Assembly (NCBI GenBank): GCA_041740355.1
Contig: JBGSMD010000051.1
Coordinates: forward strand, 128,001 to 192,000
Length of the DNA: 64,000 nt
From: Bdellovibrionota bacterium
GTDB lineage: Bacteria > Bdellovibrionota_C > UBA2361 > CALJRW01
Direction: 5' to 3'
Position 1 is the stretch's first letter. Every line of letters starts with the position of its first letter. Positions 20,683 to 29,492 of this stretch are shown here, one piece after another. The notes below the pieces were generated by a model, which saw only the letters and a program-made list of their open reading frames with translations, did no database searches and had not been told where the DNA came from. The position numbers were made by a program, and so were the translations under genes.

Positions 20683-21738
20683 TTAGATTCCTCTCATCCA
20701 ATTAAACCGATCAACAATTTTCCCATAGCGAATATCAGTAAATTCCTTAGCAATCTTGGAAGATAAAGAATCTGAATTAAACTCTGGCAGTTGATAATCT
20801 TGTCCTTGAAAACCAATTGTTTTAATTGGGGCCACAACCGCAGCAGTACCCATTCCAAAAGCTTCTTGCAAGATACCTGCATCAATTGCTGAGATAATCT
20901 CTTTAACAGCTACGGGGCGCTCTTCAATCTCCATGCCCCAACCTTTAGCCATCTCCAAAATAGAATCCCTAATAACACCTGCTAAAATAGTATCACCTAA
21001 TGCCGGAGTAACAAGCTTACCGTTAATTAAGAACATCAAATTCATTGTACCGGACTCTTCCACAAACTGGTGAGTTGCCGCATCAGTCCAGATTAGTTGG
21101 TCATAACCATCTTTTTGGGCCGCAAACATAGGATTTAATGAGGCAGCATAATTACCTGCTGTTTTAGCAAAACCTGTTCCACCCTTCGAAGCCCGACAAT
21201 AATGTTCCTCCACCCGGACCTTTAATGGTTGAGAATAATATTTCCCAACAGGACACGAAAAAATTATAAATTTATATTTAGTGGAAGGACGAATCCCAAT
21301 ATACTCATCAGCAGCAAAGACAAAGGGACGGATATACAATGACATTCCCTCACCCGCAGGGACCCAGGCCTTGTCTAGATTTAAAAGGGCATTTAATCCA
21401 TCAAAAAATATTTCTTCCGAAATAGCTGGCATTTGCATTCGTTCAGCAGAACGATTTAAACGGGCCCAATTTTTTTCCGGTCTAAACAATTTAACTTGAT
21501 CATCAATTGTGCGGTAAGCTTTCATTCCCTCAAAAATTGATTGTCCATAATGCAAAGTAGCGTTTCCTGGCGTTAAGCTTAATGGTCCATAGGGCTCAAT
21601 TCGAAAATCAGTCCATTCACCATCATAATCAGCAACAAACATATGATCGGCATAAGTCCTACCAAAAACTAAATTCTGAAAATCAACCTCGCTGATAGCA
21701 GATATAGGTTTTTTATTGAGCTTAATATTTATCGACAT
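20683..21738 (-). CDS. ilvE: Branched-chain amino acid aminotransferase
   Basis: LHYGQSIFEGMKAY, LYIRP, AKTAGNYA, EESGTMN, FGMGTAAVV. Confidence 0.97.
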   Translation of the reverse strand: MSINIKLNKKPISAISEVDFQNLVFGRTYADHMFVADYDGEWTDFRIEPYGPLSLTPGNATLHYGQSIFEGMKAYRTIDDQVKLFRPEKNWARLNRSAERMQMPAISEEIFFDGLNALLNLDKAWVPAGEGMSLYIRPFVFAADEYIGIRPSTKYKFIIFSCPVGKYYSQPLKVRVEEHYCRASKGGTGFAKTAGNYAASLNPMFAAQKDGYDQLIWTDAATHQFVEESGTMNLMFLINGKLVTPALGDTILAGVIRDSILEMAKGWGMEIEERPVAVKEIISAIDAGILQEAFGMGTAAVVAPIKTIGFQGQDYQLPEFNSDSLSSKIAKEFTDIRYGKIVDRFNWMRGI

Positions 21739-21915
21739 ATAAAAATTAGGTAAAAGTATACTAAGAGTATAACAAGAAGCTTCGGCTCTGGAAAGTCAGG
21801 GATACTAAATGAATTTCGATATTTACAAAGTACCTCTTAATGGTCGCAGGATCGCTAGGGTTATTAACCTTAAAAAATATGTTTAATAACTGAGGAAAAC
21901 AAAGATACTACCTAT

Positions 21916-22686
21916 TTATCTTAGCAAATGGCGATTAGTATTTTCTGCTTCCTTTATTCTGGCTTCAGAAAATAGGCGGTGGGCACTACGAATATTTGGA
22001 TGAGTATAATGACAGTCAATCAACTCCGAAACGGTCTTGTTCAATAAGAATAAGGAATCAGCCAAGACAGCCTCTGTTAAATTTCTTTGATCTAAACTAC
22101 TTTGCATCTTACTAAAACTTAGATCCATGGTGTCATCACTTTGTGCTAGTGCTAACTCCTGCAATTCTTGCTGGACATAGCCATCAAGTATTATTTTCTT
22201 TAGGCCCTCAGTCAATAATGCTTGATATGCTTTGATAAAAAATCTAGGTTCAACCTGAGTCTCAAACTTAAGTTGCGTGACCTTTAAAAGATACTCATGT
22301 AAATCAAGGCCAGTTGATTCTTTGAAAGAATTTAAAAACTCCGTGCGCAATTCGCTAGCATTGAGTCTATGTACTTCCTTTTCGTTAGTAATTTTACTAA
22401 ATCGGAATTCTTTTTTTTCACCTGATGTTAAATCAAGAAAGGTAACTTTAGGAAGTGCTGAAGTACGGTCAGCTTCTAGCTTAATAGAAAGAAGCATCGT
22501 GGAAACTAGCTTCAACAAGATTTTCTCATCTTTAGTTAATTCTGGATTAGTCTGAATTCTATCTAAACACTCGGCCTGTGACTTACTAGCAGGTGGTAGC
22601 GGGGTGAGGTTTGTACGCGAGGCTCTTCCACCCTCAAAATCTAAGGTCCCTTGAACAACATTTGGTTTTTGTCGATCAGAACGCAT
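21916..22686 (-). CDS. Hypothetical protein (orphan, helical)
   Basis: 256-aa ORF, no recognisable motif. Confidence 0.7.
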   Translation of the reverse strand: MRSDRQKPNVVQGTLDFEGGRASRTNLTPLPPASKSQAECLDRIQTNPELTKDEKILLKLVSTMLLSIKLEADRTSALPKVTFLDLTSGEKKEFRFSKITNEKEVHRLNASELRTEFLNSFKESTGLDLHEYLLKVTQLKFETQVEPRFFIKAYQALLTEGLKKIILDGYVQQELQELALAQSDDTMDLSFSKMQSSLDQRNLTEAVLADSLFLLNKTVSELIDCHYTHPNIRSAHRLFSEARIKEAENTNRHLLR

Positions 22687-22784
22687 CGAGTTAAATATAT
22701 TTTAAACTCACAGACAAATGCTAGCTTACAGAAGCGCACATTCTGTCGCAAGAAAAAACTTACTAATAATCTGAGCTAAACGCA

Positions 22785-24035
22785 CTAACCTACAGCTCTT
22801 TCTTTACGGGCAACTAATAATGGCGTTGCTTGTCCCTGAATCACCTCGGCTGTTACTACAACTTCACTAATATTATCCATACTTGGAATATCAAACATGA
22901 CTTCCAGAAGGGACTTCTCAATAATGCCACGTAATCCTCGCGCCCCAGTTTGTTTAGTAATTGCTAACTCAGCAATTGCTTTTAAGGCATCGGTTGTGAA
23001 AGTAAGGGCAACATCATTAACATTTAGTAATTCCTGAAATTGCTTGACCAAAGCATTTTTAGGCTCAGTTAAAATTCGAACTAAATCAGCAGCATCTAAA
23101 CTTTTAAGTGGTGCGACAATTGGTAATCTTCCTAAAAATTCAGGAATCATCCCAAACTTCATGAGATCATCTGTTTCCACTTCTAAAATTGCTGTTTCAG
23201 CATTGAAATTTGCTTTTCGTTCCATGCCAAAACCTAAGGACTTATTCCCATTACGGTTAGAAATAATCCGTTCCAGGCCTTCAAATGCACCACCAAAGAT
23301 AAATAAGATATCGCTGGTATCAACTTGAATAAATTCTTGTTGCGGATGCTTTCGTCCACCCTTAGGAGGAATATTCGCGACAGTTCCCTCCATCATCTTT
23401 AGTAACGCTTGCTGTACGCCTTCTCCGGAAACGTCACGTGTAATTGAAGGGCTATCAGATTTACGAGAAAGCTTATCAATCTCATCTACAAACACAATTC
23501 CATGTTGCGCCCTGGCAACATCATAATTGGCTGACTGTAATAATCCCGCTACAATATTTTCTACGTCCTCTCCAACATAACCTGCTTCGGTTAAAGTTGT
23601 TGCATCAACCATGGCAAAAGGAACATCAATAATCTTAGCAATTGTTTGCGCGAGTAATGTCTTTCCAGAACCAGTTGGCCCAAGGATTAGAACATTTGAT
23701 TTACTTAATTCTACCTCTGACTCTATGTCGAAATTATTATTAATTCTTTTATAATGATTGTGAACAGCAACAGAAAGGATTTTTTTTGCTTCCTCTTGGC
23801 CAATAATATGCTGATCTAATTTTTCCTTGATAATTTTAGGAGAAGGGATAGTCAGTTTTTGATGCTGGCTAGCCCTTTTTTTGGTATCTTTTTTTAAAAC
23901 CTGATTGCAATTTTCAACGCAAGAATTACAAATATATACTCCCGGACCAGCGATTAACTTTTTAGTTACTTCCTGACCTGAACCACAGAAGGAACAAGTT
24001 AAGTTTCCACGAAGCGTCTTGCGATCTATTGCCAT
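22785..24035 (-). CDS. clpX: ATP-dependent Clp protease ATP-binding subunit
   Basis: CSFCG zinc finger, [28 protein letters not shown] loop, GARGLR. Confidence 0.99.
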   Translation of the reverse strand: MAIDRKTLRGNLTCSFCGSGQEVTKKLIAGPGVYICNSCVENCNQVLKKDTKKRASQHQKLTIPSPKIIKEKLDQHIIGQEEAKKILSVAVHNHYKRINNNFDIESEVELSKSNVLILGPTGSGKTLLAQTIAKIIDVPFAMVDATTLTEAGYVGEDVENIVAGLLQSANYDVARAQHGIVFVDEIDKLSRKSDSPSITRDVSGEGVQQALLKMMEGTVANIPPKGGRKHPQQEFIQVDTSDILFIFGGAFEGLERIISNRNGNKSLGFGMERKANFNAETAILEVETDDLMKFGMIPEFLGRLPIVAPLKSLDAADLVRILTEPKNALVKQFQELLNVNDVALTFTTDALKAIAELAITKQTGARGLRGIIEKSLLEVMFDIPSMDNISEVVVTAEVIQGQATPLLVARKERAVG

Positions 24036-24175
24036 GAGCTAAACCTTTTAAAAACCATCCACGAACAAAATGAATTAGAATTACCCAAACTTAAGTCTTT
24101 TATATAAGACTAAATTAAGGTCATAACTATATGATGCTATCGGATGCTATTTGGTAGCGAATAAATCCTTTATCT

Positions 24176-24432
24176 AAAAAGAATCAGTATATAGAACGTC
24201 CAAAAATGGATTTCTGTTAAGAAAATTATTTTTTGAGGCTCGAGCGTCTAGCATTTACATTGTAGTTTCTTGTCCGCCGAAGTTTTAGCGAAGGCGGAAG
24301 CGAAAGAGGGATAGACACGTTTAAATGCCTAAAAACAACAAATATATAGTAGGCCTAACTGGAATTCCGAAAAGGTTTTTCGGAAATTCCTTCTTAGGTT
24401 TACTATATTATTTTAAATACTGACTCTTTTTA
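24176..24432. mobile_element. Nested composite of repeat modules upstream of clpX
   Basis: Outer IR AAAAAGAATCAGTAT/ATACTGACTCTTTTT enclosing a module-A variant, an inverted REP-like copy (24266-24299) and module D (24345-24407). Confidence 0.55.
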
Positions 24433-24482
24433 CTTAATATAGTAGTCTAATCTAAGAATTTATTAGCAAATTGAAGGATTCC

Positions 24483-24674
24483 ATGGAATTTAAAGAAAAA
24501 GACAGAGTTAAAAGCACACGTTCTAAAGGTAGCTTAGGAACTGTAATTCAAGTAAGGAAAGAGGCTATTACCAATAGTGCCTCAAAAAAAGCAATTCCGG
24601 AACTGATTAAAGTACAGTGGGATAATGGGACCAAATCCTACTTTGATCCAAGTAGCTTAGAGATAGTCAAATAA
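24483..24674 (+). CDS. Small beta-rich (SH3-like) hypothetical protein
   Basis: AAGGA RBS before ATG 24483; DRV..GTV..VQWDNG pattern. Confidence 0.7.
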   Translation: MEFKEKDRVKSTRSKGSLGTVIQVRKEAITNSASKKAIPELIKVQWDNGTKSYFDPSSLEIVK

Positions 24675-24690
24675 GTTTAATAAGTGAAAG

Positions 24691-24720
24691 ACTTTCCATC
24701 TAATGATATAGGTGGAAAGT
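24691..24720. terminator. Hairpin between convergent genes
   Basis: ACTTTCCATCTA/TAGGTGGAAAGT. Confidence 0.55.
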
Positions 24721-24731
24721 AGGAAAATTGT

Positions 24732-25415
24732 TTAATTCTGAATAACAACTTCCACGCGCCGGTTCTTAGAACGTCCGCTATTTGTAGTATTAATATCTAC
24801 AGGCCTAGACTCACCATAACCTTTCACCGTCAATCTGCTTCTAGATACCCCTTTGGCAACGATCTCATCGGCTACAGAGTATGCACGGTCCTCGGAAAGT
24901 CGCTTGTTATAAGTCATTGTTCCGACAGAATCTGTATGACCTTCTATTAATACGCTACGATCAGGATACTTACGGACCACATCGGTAATTTCTCCGATCT
25001 TGCTGTAAGAATCAGATCTCAAGCGATGGCTATTAAAATCAAAAAGAACATCAGGTAGGTTTACAACAATACCGCGGTCTGTTTGACTAACATCTAGTCC
25101 ACCGGCCTTTAACTCGCGAATCATTCGCTCATTCTCTTGAATCATCTGATCCTGTGCGGAAAGTCGCTGATCCATTTGATCCATCGCTTCATCCTGCTTA
25201 TCCATGGAGTTTCCAATTAAACCACCACTAATTGCGCCAAGTCCGGCACCGATTGCCACACCAGCACCAGCCGAACCAGTTTTATGACCTATTATTGCAC
25301 CTAATCCAGCCCCCAAGGCACCACCAGCAGCAGCTCCTTTATCTCGACTATTCATTTGGTAGCCACTACAAGAACAGAGGGCAATAACTAAAACTAAAGC
25401 TAAATACTTTTTCAT
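24732..25415 (-). CDS. Glycine-zipper OmpA-family lipoprotein
   Basis: Lipobox-like LCSC; GAAAGGALGAGLGAIIG; coiled coil; IEGHTDS..NKRLSEDRA..NRRVE. Confidence 0.94.
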   Translation of the reverse strand: MKKYLALVLVIALCSCSGYQMNSRDKGAAAGGALGAGLGAIIGHKTGSAGAGVAIGAGLGAISGGLIGNSMDKQDEAMDQMDQRLSAQDQMIQENERMIRELKAGGLDVSQTDRGIVVNLPDVLFDFNSHRLRSDSYSKIGEITDVVRKYPDRSVLIEGHTDSVGTMTYNKRLSEDRAYSVADEIVAKGVSRSRLTVKGYGESRPVDINTTNSGRSKNRRVEVVIQN

Positions 25416-25433
25416 CTGAATTCTAATAATTAA

Positions 25434-25580
25434 TATAGTAAGTCCAAAAAGTAATTTCCATTGGGATATTATTTTTTGGAGATTTCTATTCCCCGGAGGG
25501 ATAGTAAAATGATATAGTTATGACAAAAAACACAAACCTAATTTTTAAACATTCGGAAAATACTTTTTGTCATAACTTTA
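25434..25580. mobile_element. Composite MITE cassette A-C-B
   Basis: Module A 25434-25489, hairpin C CTATTCCCCGGAGGGATAG 25486-25504, module B 25513-25580. Confidence 0.75.
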
Positions 25581-25606
25581 AACTTTCGATTAAATAACGA
25601 AATAAA

Positions 25607-26572
25607 TTATAATTTATTCATTAAATCTTTTGCTTCTTGATTCTCAGGATCACGTTTCAGTGCTTCCTGAAGCTCATGCCGAGCTTCGTCCTTCCGATCA
25701 AGCTCTAAGTAAACTTTCCCAAGTCCCGTATGAACTGTGAGATCTTCTGGGCAAAGACGCTGTGCCCTACGAAAATGATATAATTTTTCTGCTGTAATTT
25801 CAGCCTGCCCAGCAGAAGAAATTTCTTTCTTTGCTTCCTGACATTCCGGCGTAACACTTGGAGCACTTGCAGTAGTTGTTTCTTGATTCCAATTATAAGC
25901 TGCCCGTGTGTCCATTTCTTGAATTGCTTGAACTTTTGGCAATTCTTGCTGGGGAACTGGTGCAACATCTACCTTAGCTACAACTACTGGCTCTGACTCA
26001 ATTATTGCTGTTTCACTGATTATTGGCTCAATTACTTTGACCTCTTGGATTTGCTCAATCTCTTCCACTGGCATTGCTGTTGGTACTTCAATGGGAGCAG
26101 ATTCCAAAGCCACAGGAGCTCTTTCAAAATTAGATTCAGCAATTTTAGAAGACGCTAAATGATTTGTACTCTGCGGAAATGATTCTTTCAAATCTTTCTC
26201 AATTACTAAATTCGAAGCAGGAGGATTACCAGTAAATGATACTTGATCTTGAGTAGAACGACGTAGCTGATCCACTTCATTTTGATGAAGTTGCAACTGT
26301 CTTTGCTGTTGTTGAATTGTTTCTGCTTGAGTATCAATAACATCATCTTTTTCTTGGAAGCGATGTCCGATCATAGCCCCAACACCAGCGCCCGCAATTG
26401 TTCCTAAGGCTAATCCCCCAGCAGTACTTCCCGACTGGCTTCCAATTACAGCTCCCAGTCCACCACCGACAACAGCACCTGCGGCAGCCCCACGATCACT
26501 GTCATTTGCCTGATAATCAGAACTAGAACAGCCAACGATTAGTGATAAAATTATCGGAATAATATACTTCAT
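25607..26572 (-). CDS. Glycine-zipper lipoprotein with coiled coil, acidic/Pro linker and C-terminal TPR
   Basis: IVGC lipobox; GAAAGAVVGGGLGAVIG; Gln-rich coil; HTGLGKVYLELDRKDEARHELQEALKRDPEN TPR. Confidence 0.88.
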   Translation of the reverse strand: MKYIIPIILSLIVGCSSSDYQANDSDRGAAAGAVVGGGLGAVIGSQSGSTAGGLALGTIAGAGVGAMIGHRFQEKDDVIDTQAETIQQQQRQLQLHQNEVDQLRRSTQDQVSFTGNPPASNLVIEKDLKESFPQSTNHLASSKIAESNFERAPVALESAPIEVPTAMPVEEIEQIQEVKVIEPIISETAIIESEPVVVAKVDVAPVPQQELPKVQAIQEMDTRAAYNWNQETTTASAPSVTPECQEAKKEISSAGQAEITAEKLYHFRRAQRLCPEDLTVHTGLGKVYLELDRKDEARHELQEALKRDPENQEAKDLMNKL

Positions 26573-26579
26573 AACTTTC

Positions 26580-26831
26580 CTACTTAGTTTTAAATCTTTC
26601 TGCCCGATCGTTGTAATGTTCCTGCTTCTTTAGCTCAAGATGCTCGCTCTCTTGTCTTTCTTTTTGTTTTTCTTGCATGTTGATTACTTCTTGTTGAATC
26701 CCCAAGCGTTGTTCATGATCATACTTTTCAATGTTGGGTACAAGTGGTTGGTTAGTTTCCGGATTAATTGGAATGGCATTGCATGCTCCGAGAAGGAAAC
26801 AAAGAAGAAAGAAAATTAGAAATTTTTTCAT
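26580..26831 (-). CDS. Small coiled-coil lipoprotein
   Basis: MKKFLIFFLLCFLLGAC lipobox; Q/E-rich helix. Confidence 0.8.
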   Translation of the reverse strand: MKKFLIFFLLCFLLGACNAIPINPETNQPLVPNIEKYDHEQRLGIQQEVINMQEKQKERQESEHLELKKQEHYNDRAERFKTK

Positions 26832-27070
26832 AGATTAGGGAATATGTAGCTTAAAAGGAACTTTGCCGGTGCCTATCCGATCCAAAGTAGCACTCAAGAC
26901 AGTAACACTGTTTGAATGAAAGCAAAATATAGGAATATGTAGGCGATGATAAAAATTATTGCTTTTAATAATGAATCACCAGGTAGTTAAAGCTAAGCAT
27001 GCTGCACGCGACTCTTCGAGAGCTTGGTGGCATGTTTAGTCTGTAGGCCTTAAATTAAAAAGCAAAGATT

Positions 27071-27766
27071 CTACAGCGCTTTGGATAAATTAGCTCTAGT
27101 TAAGGGAATTCCTGTTTCGGTTAAAAAGTAAGTCAGCCTCTCCAAGTATGCTTCAATTAATGAAATGGAGCGGGGTAAGCGCTTCGCTAAATATTCTTGA
27201 TGCGCTTCATTAAGGAGTATTCCTCTTTGCTTAGCTAGGGTAAAGATCATTTTACTTAAGTCTTCATCTTGTACGTTATCCAAACTATAAATTTGCATGT
27301 TTGCTAATCGGCTAGATAAATGATCATTTAAAATATAATTTTGGAAAGGCTGATCGGCAAAGATAATTAGTTTAGCTGAATTGCGCTTCACGGATTCATA
27401 CAGATCAATAAATCGGCTACTTAAGTCTTCTGCCTCTGGGTAAATGTTGGTTAGAAAATTTTGGAAATCGTCAATTATCAAAACATCTTGATCTGTATAA
27501 TTTGGCTTTAATGTTTGGGAATCAAAATTATCAGCAGTAATAATTTGAGGATAGAAATTATGGTTGGTAAAGAACTGACTCAAGACAATTGATAAATGAG
27601 TTTTACCAGAACGGGGCGAACCATAAAGATATGTAGCACTAAAAGTATGCCGACTAACGTCCTGCTCAAAATAAGATTTAATTCGTCGTAAGCCTAAATG
27701 CCAATAGAAGTTATCGGTTTGATAAGTAATTACCTTACGTAATTTTAGCGGAATTTGATTGTTCAT
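27071..27766 (-). CDS. hda: DnaA regulatory inactivator Hda-like AAA+ protein
   Basis: N-terminal clamp-binding-like QIPLKL, YLYGSPRSGKTHL, LIIDD, LSSRL, YLAKRLPRS. Confidence 0.8.
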   Translation of the reverse strand: MNNQIPLKLRKVITYQTDNFYWHLGLRRIKSYFEQDVSRHTFSATYLYGSPRSGKTHLSIVLSQFFTNHNFYPQIITADNFDSQTLKPNYTDQDVLIIDDFQNFLTNIYPEAEDLSSRFIDLYESVKRNSAKLIIFADQPFQNYILNDHLSSRLANMQIYSLDNVQDEDLSKMIFTLAKQRGILLNEAHQEYLAKRLPRSISLIEAYLERLTYFLTETGIPLTRANLSKAL

Positions 27767-27772
27767 TAGAAT

Positions 27773-29065
27773 CTAACAACCAACATTGGATTCCAAACTG
27801 TGCGCGTGCTGATTAAGACTGACCTGACATTCAAGTGCTATTAACTTCTCCATTAATTTACTATAACCACGCATTAAATGCTCGGCGTCTTGAATAACAG
27901 TCTCCCCTTCCGCAACTAATCCCGCAATTAGAATTGCTGCAGCAGCGCGAATATCATGTCCCTTAACTGTCGTTCCCCTTAAACAAGCAACGCCTGAAAT
28001 TCTAGCTAGTGCCCCTTCAATCTGAATCTTAGCTCCCATCTTATTAAGCTCGGCAACATGAGCAAAGCGAGATTCATAAATCTTCTCTGATATTGTGCTT
28101 TGGCCATTAGCCACTGTCAAACAAGACATTAACTGCGCTTGAATATCAGTTGCTAAGCCTGGAAATGGTGCCGTTTCAACATTTACTGCCTTGATGATTT
28201 CAGGAGCTTTAACAACCATCGAGTGATTATTACATGTATAATTAACTCCCATTTCAGTTAATATATCCAAGAATTTACCTAAATGTTTTGGATCAAATCC
28301 ATTAATTACTAATTCCCCTCGGGTAGCAACAGTAGCTAGGATATAAGTTGCGGCTTCAATCCGATCCCCAATTAATTTGGTCTTAGTTGAGTGTAAATTC
28401 TTTTTGCCAATTACTTCAATTCTTTCCGTTCCGGCTCCAATAATTTCAGCACCCATACCGATTAGCAAATTAGCTAAGGCAACTACTTCTGGCTCACGGG
28501 CAACATTTGTGAAAACACTTTTCCCCGGTGTTAAGGCAGCGGCTAGTAATAACTGGTGGGTCGCTCCCACTGAGGGAAAATTTAAATGAAAAGTTGTTGG
28601 TCTTAAACCACCACTTGGGGCTTCCGCAATGACAACAGAATTTTCCATAGTGATTTTTGCACCCATGGAGGCAAGTCCCTCTAAATGGATATCCACAGGG
28701 CGCTTCCCAATAATATCACCACCAGGAAGAAAAACTTTTGCTTTTCCATATCGAGCGAGTAGTGGCGCAAGAATCCAAAATGATGCCCGAAAGGATTTAA
28801 TTAAGGCAACTGGTGGCTCACAACAGGAAATTACTGGAGTGGCAATTTTAATGCTGTCACCTGTGCGATCTACTTTACACCCAATACTTTCTAGGAGGCT
28901 TTGCGATAGATTAACATCAGAAATCTCAGGTACGTTGGTATAAGTCACCTCTTCCGCTGTCAGCACAGCAGCCATCAACATCGGCAAGACGGCATTTTTT
29001 GCTCCACTAACAGTGACTTCCCCAGATAGGCGATGGGGGCCTTGGATAAACAACTTTTGTGACAT
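27773..29065 (-). CDS. murA: UDP-N-acetylglucosamine 1-carboxyvinyltransferase (Asp at the fosfomycin-target Cys position)
   Basis: SGAKNAVLP, RASF, LPGGDIIGKRPVD, PSVGAT, DRIEAAT, PFPGLATDIQAQ. Confidence 0.97.
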   Translation of the reverse strand: MSQKLFIQGPHRLSGEVTVSGAKNAVLPMLMAAVLTAEEVTYTNVPEISDVNLSQSLLESIGCKVDRTGDSIKIATPVISCCEPPVALIKSFRASFWILAPLLARYGKAKVFLPGGDIIGKRPVDIHLEGLASMGAKITMENSVVIAEAPSGGLRPTTFHLNFPSVGATHQLLLAAALTPGKSVFTNVAREPEVVALANLLIGMGAEIIGAGTERIEVIGKKNLHSTKTKLIGDRIEAATYILATVATRGELVINGFDPKHLGKFLDILTEMGVNYTCNNHSMVVKAPEIIKAVNVETAPFPGLATDIQAQLMSCLTVANGQSTISEKIYESRFAHVAELNKMGAKIQIEGALARISGVACLRGTTVKGHDIRAAAAILIAGLVAEGETVIQDAEHLMRGYSKLMEKLIALECQVSLNQHAHSLESNVGC

Positions 29066-29118
29066 AGATTTGAATATGAAGATAATTCAAAATGTGAGTC
29101 TTTGAATATTATCAAGAT

Positions 29119-29254
29119 TCCAAAAAGTAATTTCCCTTCGGAATTACTTTTTGGGACTTACTATCCCCCCGGAGGGATAATAAAATCATATAGTTATGAT
29201 AAAAAACACAAAACTACTTTAAACATTCAGATATTACTTTTTATCATAACTATA
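29119..29254. mobile_element. Composite MITE cassette A-C-B upstream of murA
   Basis: A 29119-29164, C CTATCCCCCCGGAGGGATAA 29161-29180, B TATAGTTATGATAAAAA..TTTTTATCATAACTATA 29189-29254. Confidence 0.75.
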
Positions 29255-29492
29255 TAACCTGAATTATGTATTATATCAAAGGACTATTAAGCTTTGCTTC
29301 TAAATTATACTAAGTCACTAATGACTAAAAATCCGTTTTTACATCCCTTAGCATAATTATTCACCGAAGCTAAAGCCTAGGCGGAAGCTAAGGTCAGCTA
29401 ATTTTTATAAACCTTCAAGTCAATACTAAGGGTGACTTAAATTATAGTGAATTAATAGCACAGCTACGCAGGCTAGGACTTCAAATAATGAT

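Noticed and set aside
26941-26965. Fluoride riboswitch (GGCGATG), also near 59481
   Set aside because: No complementary CGCC pseudoknot partner or crcB-type gene
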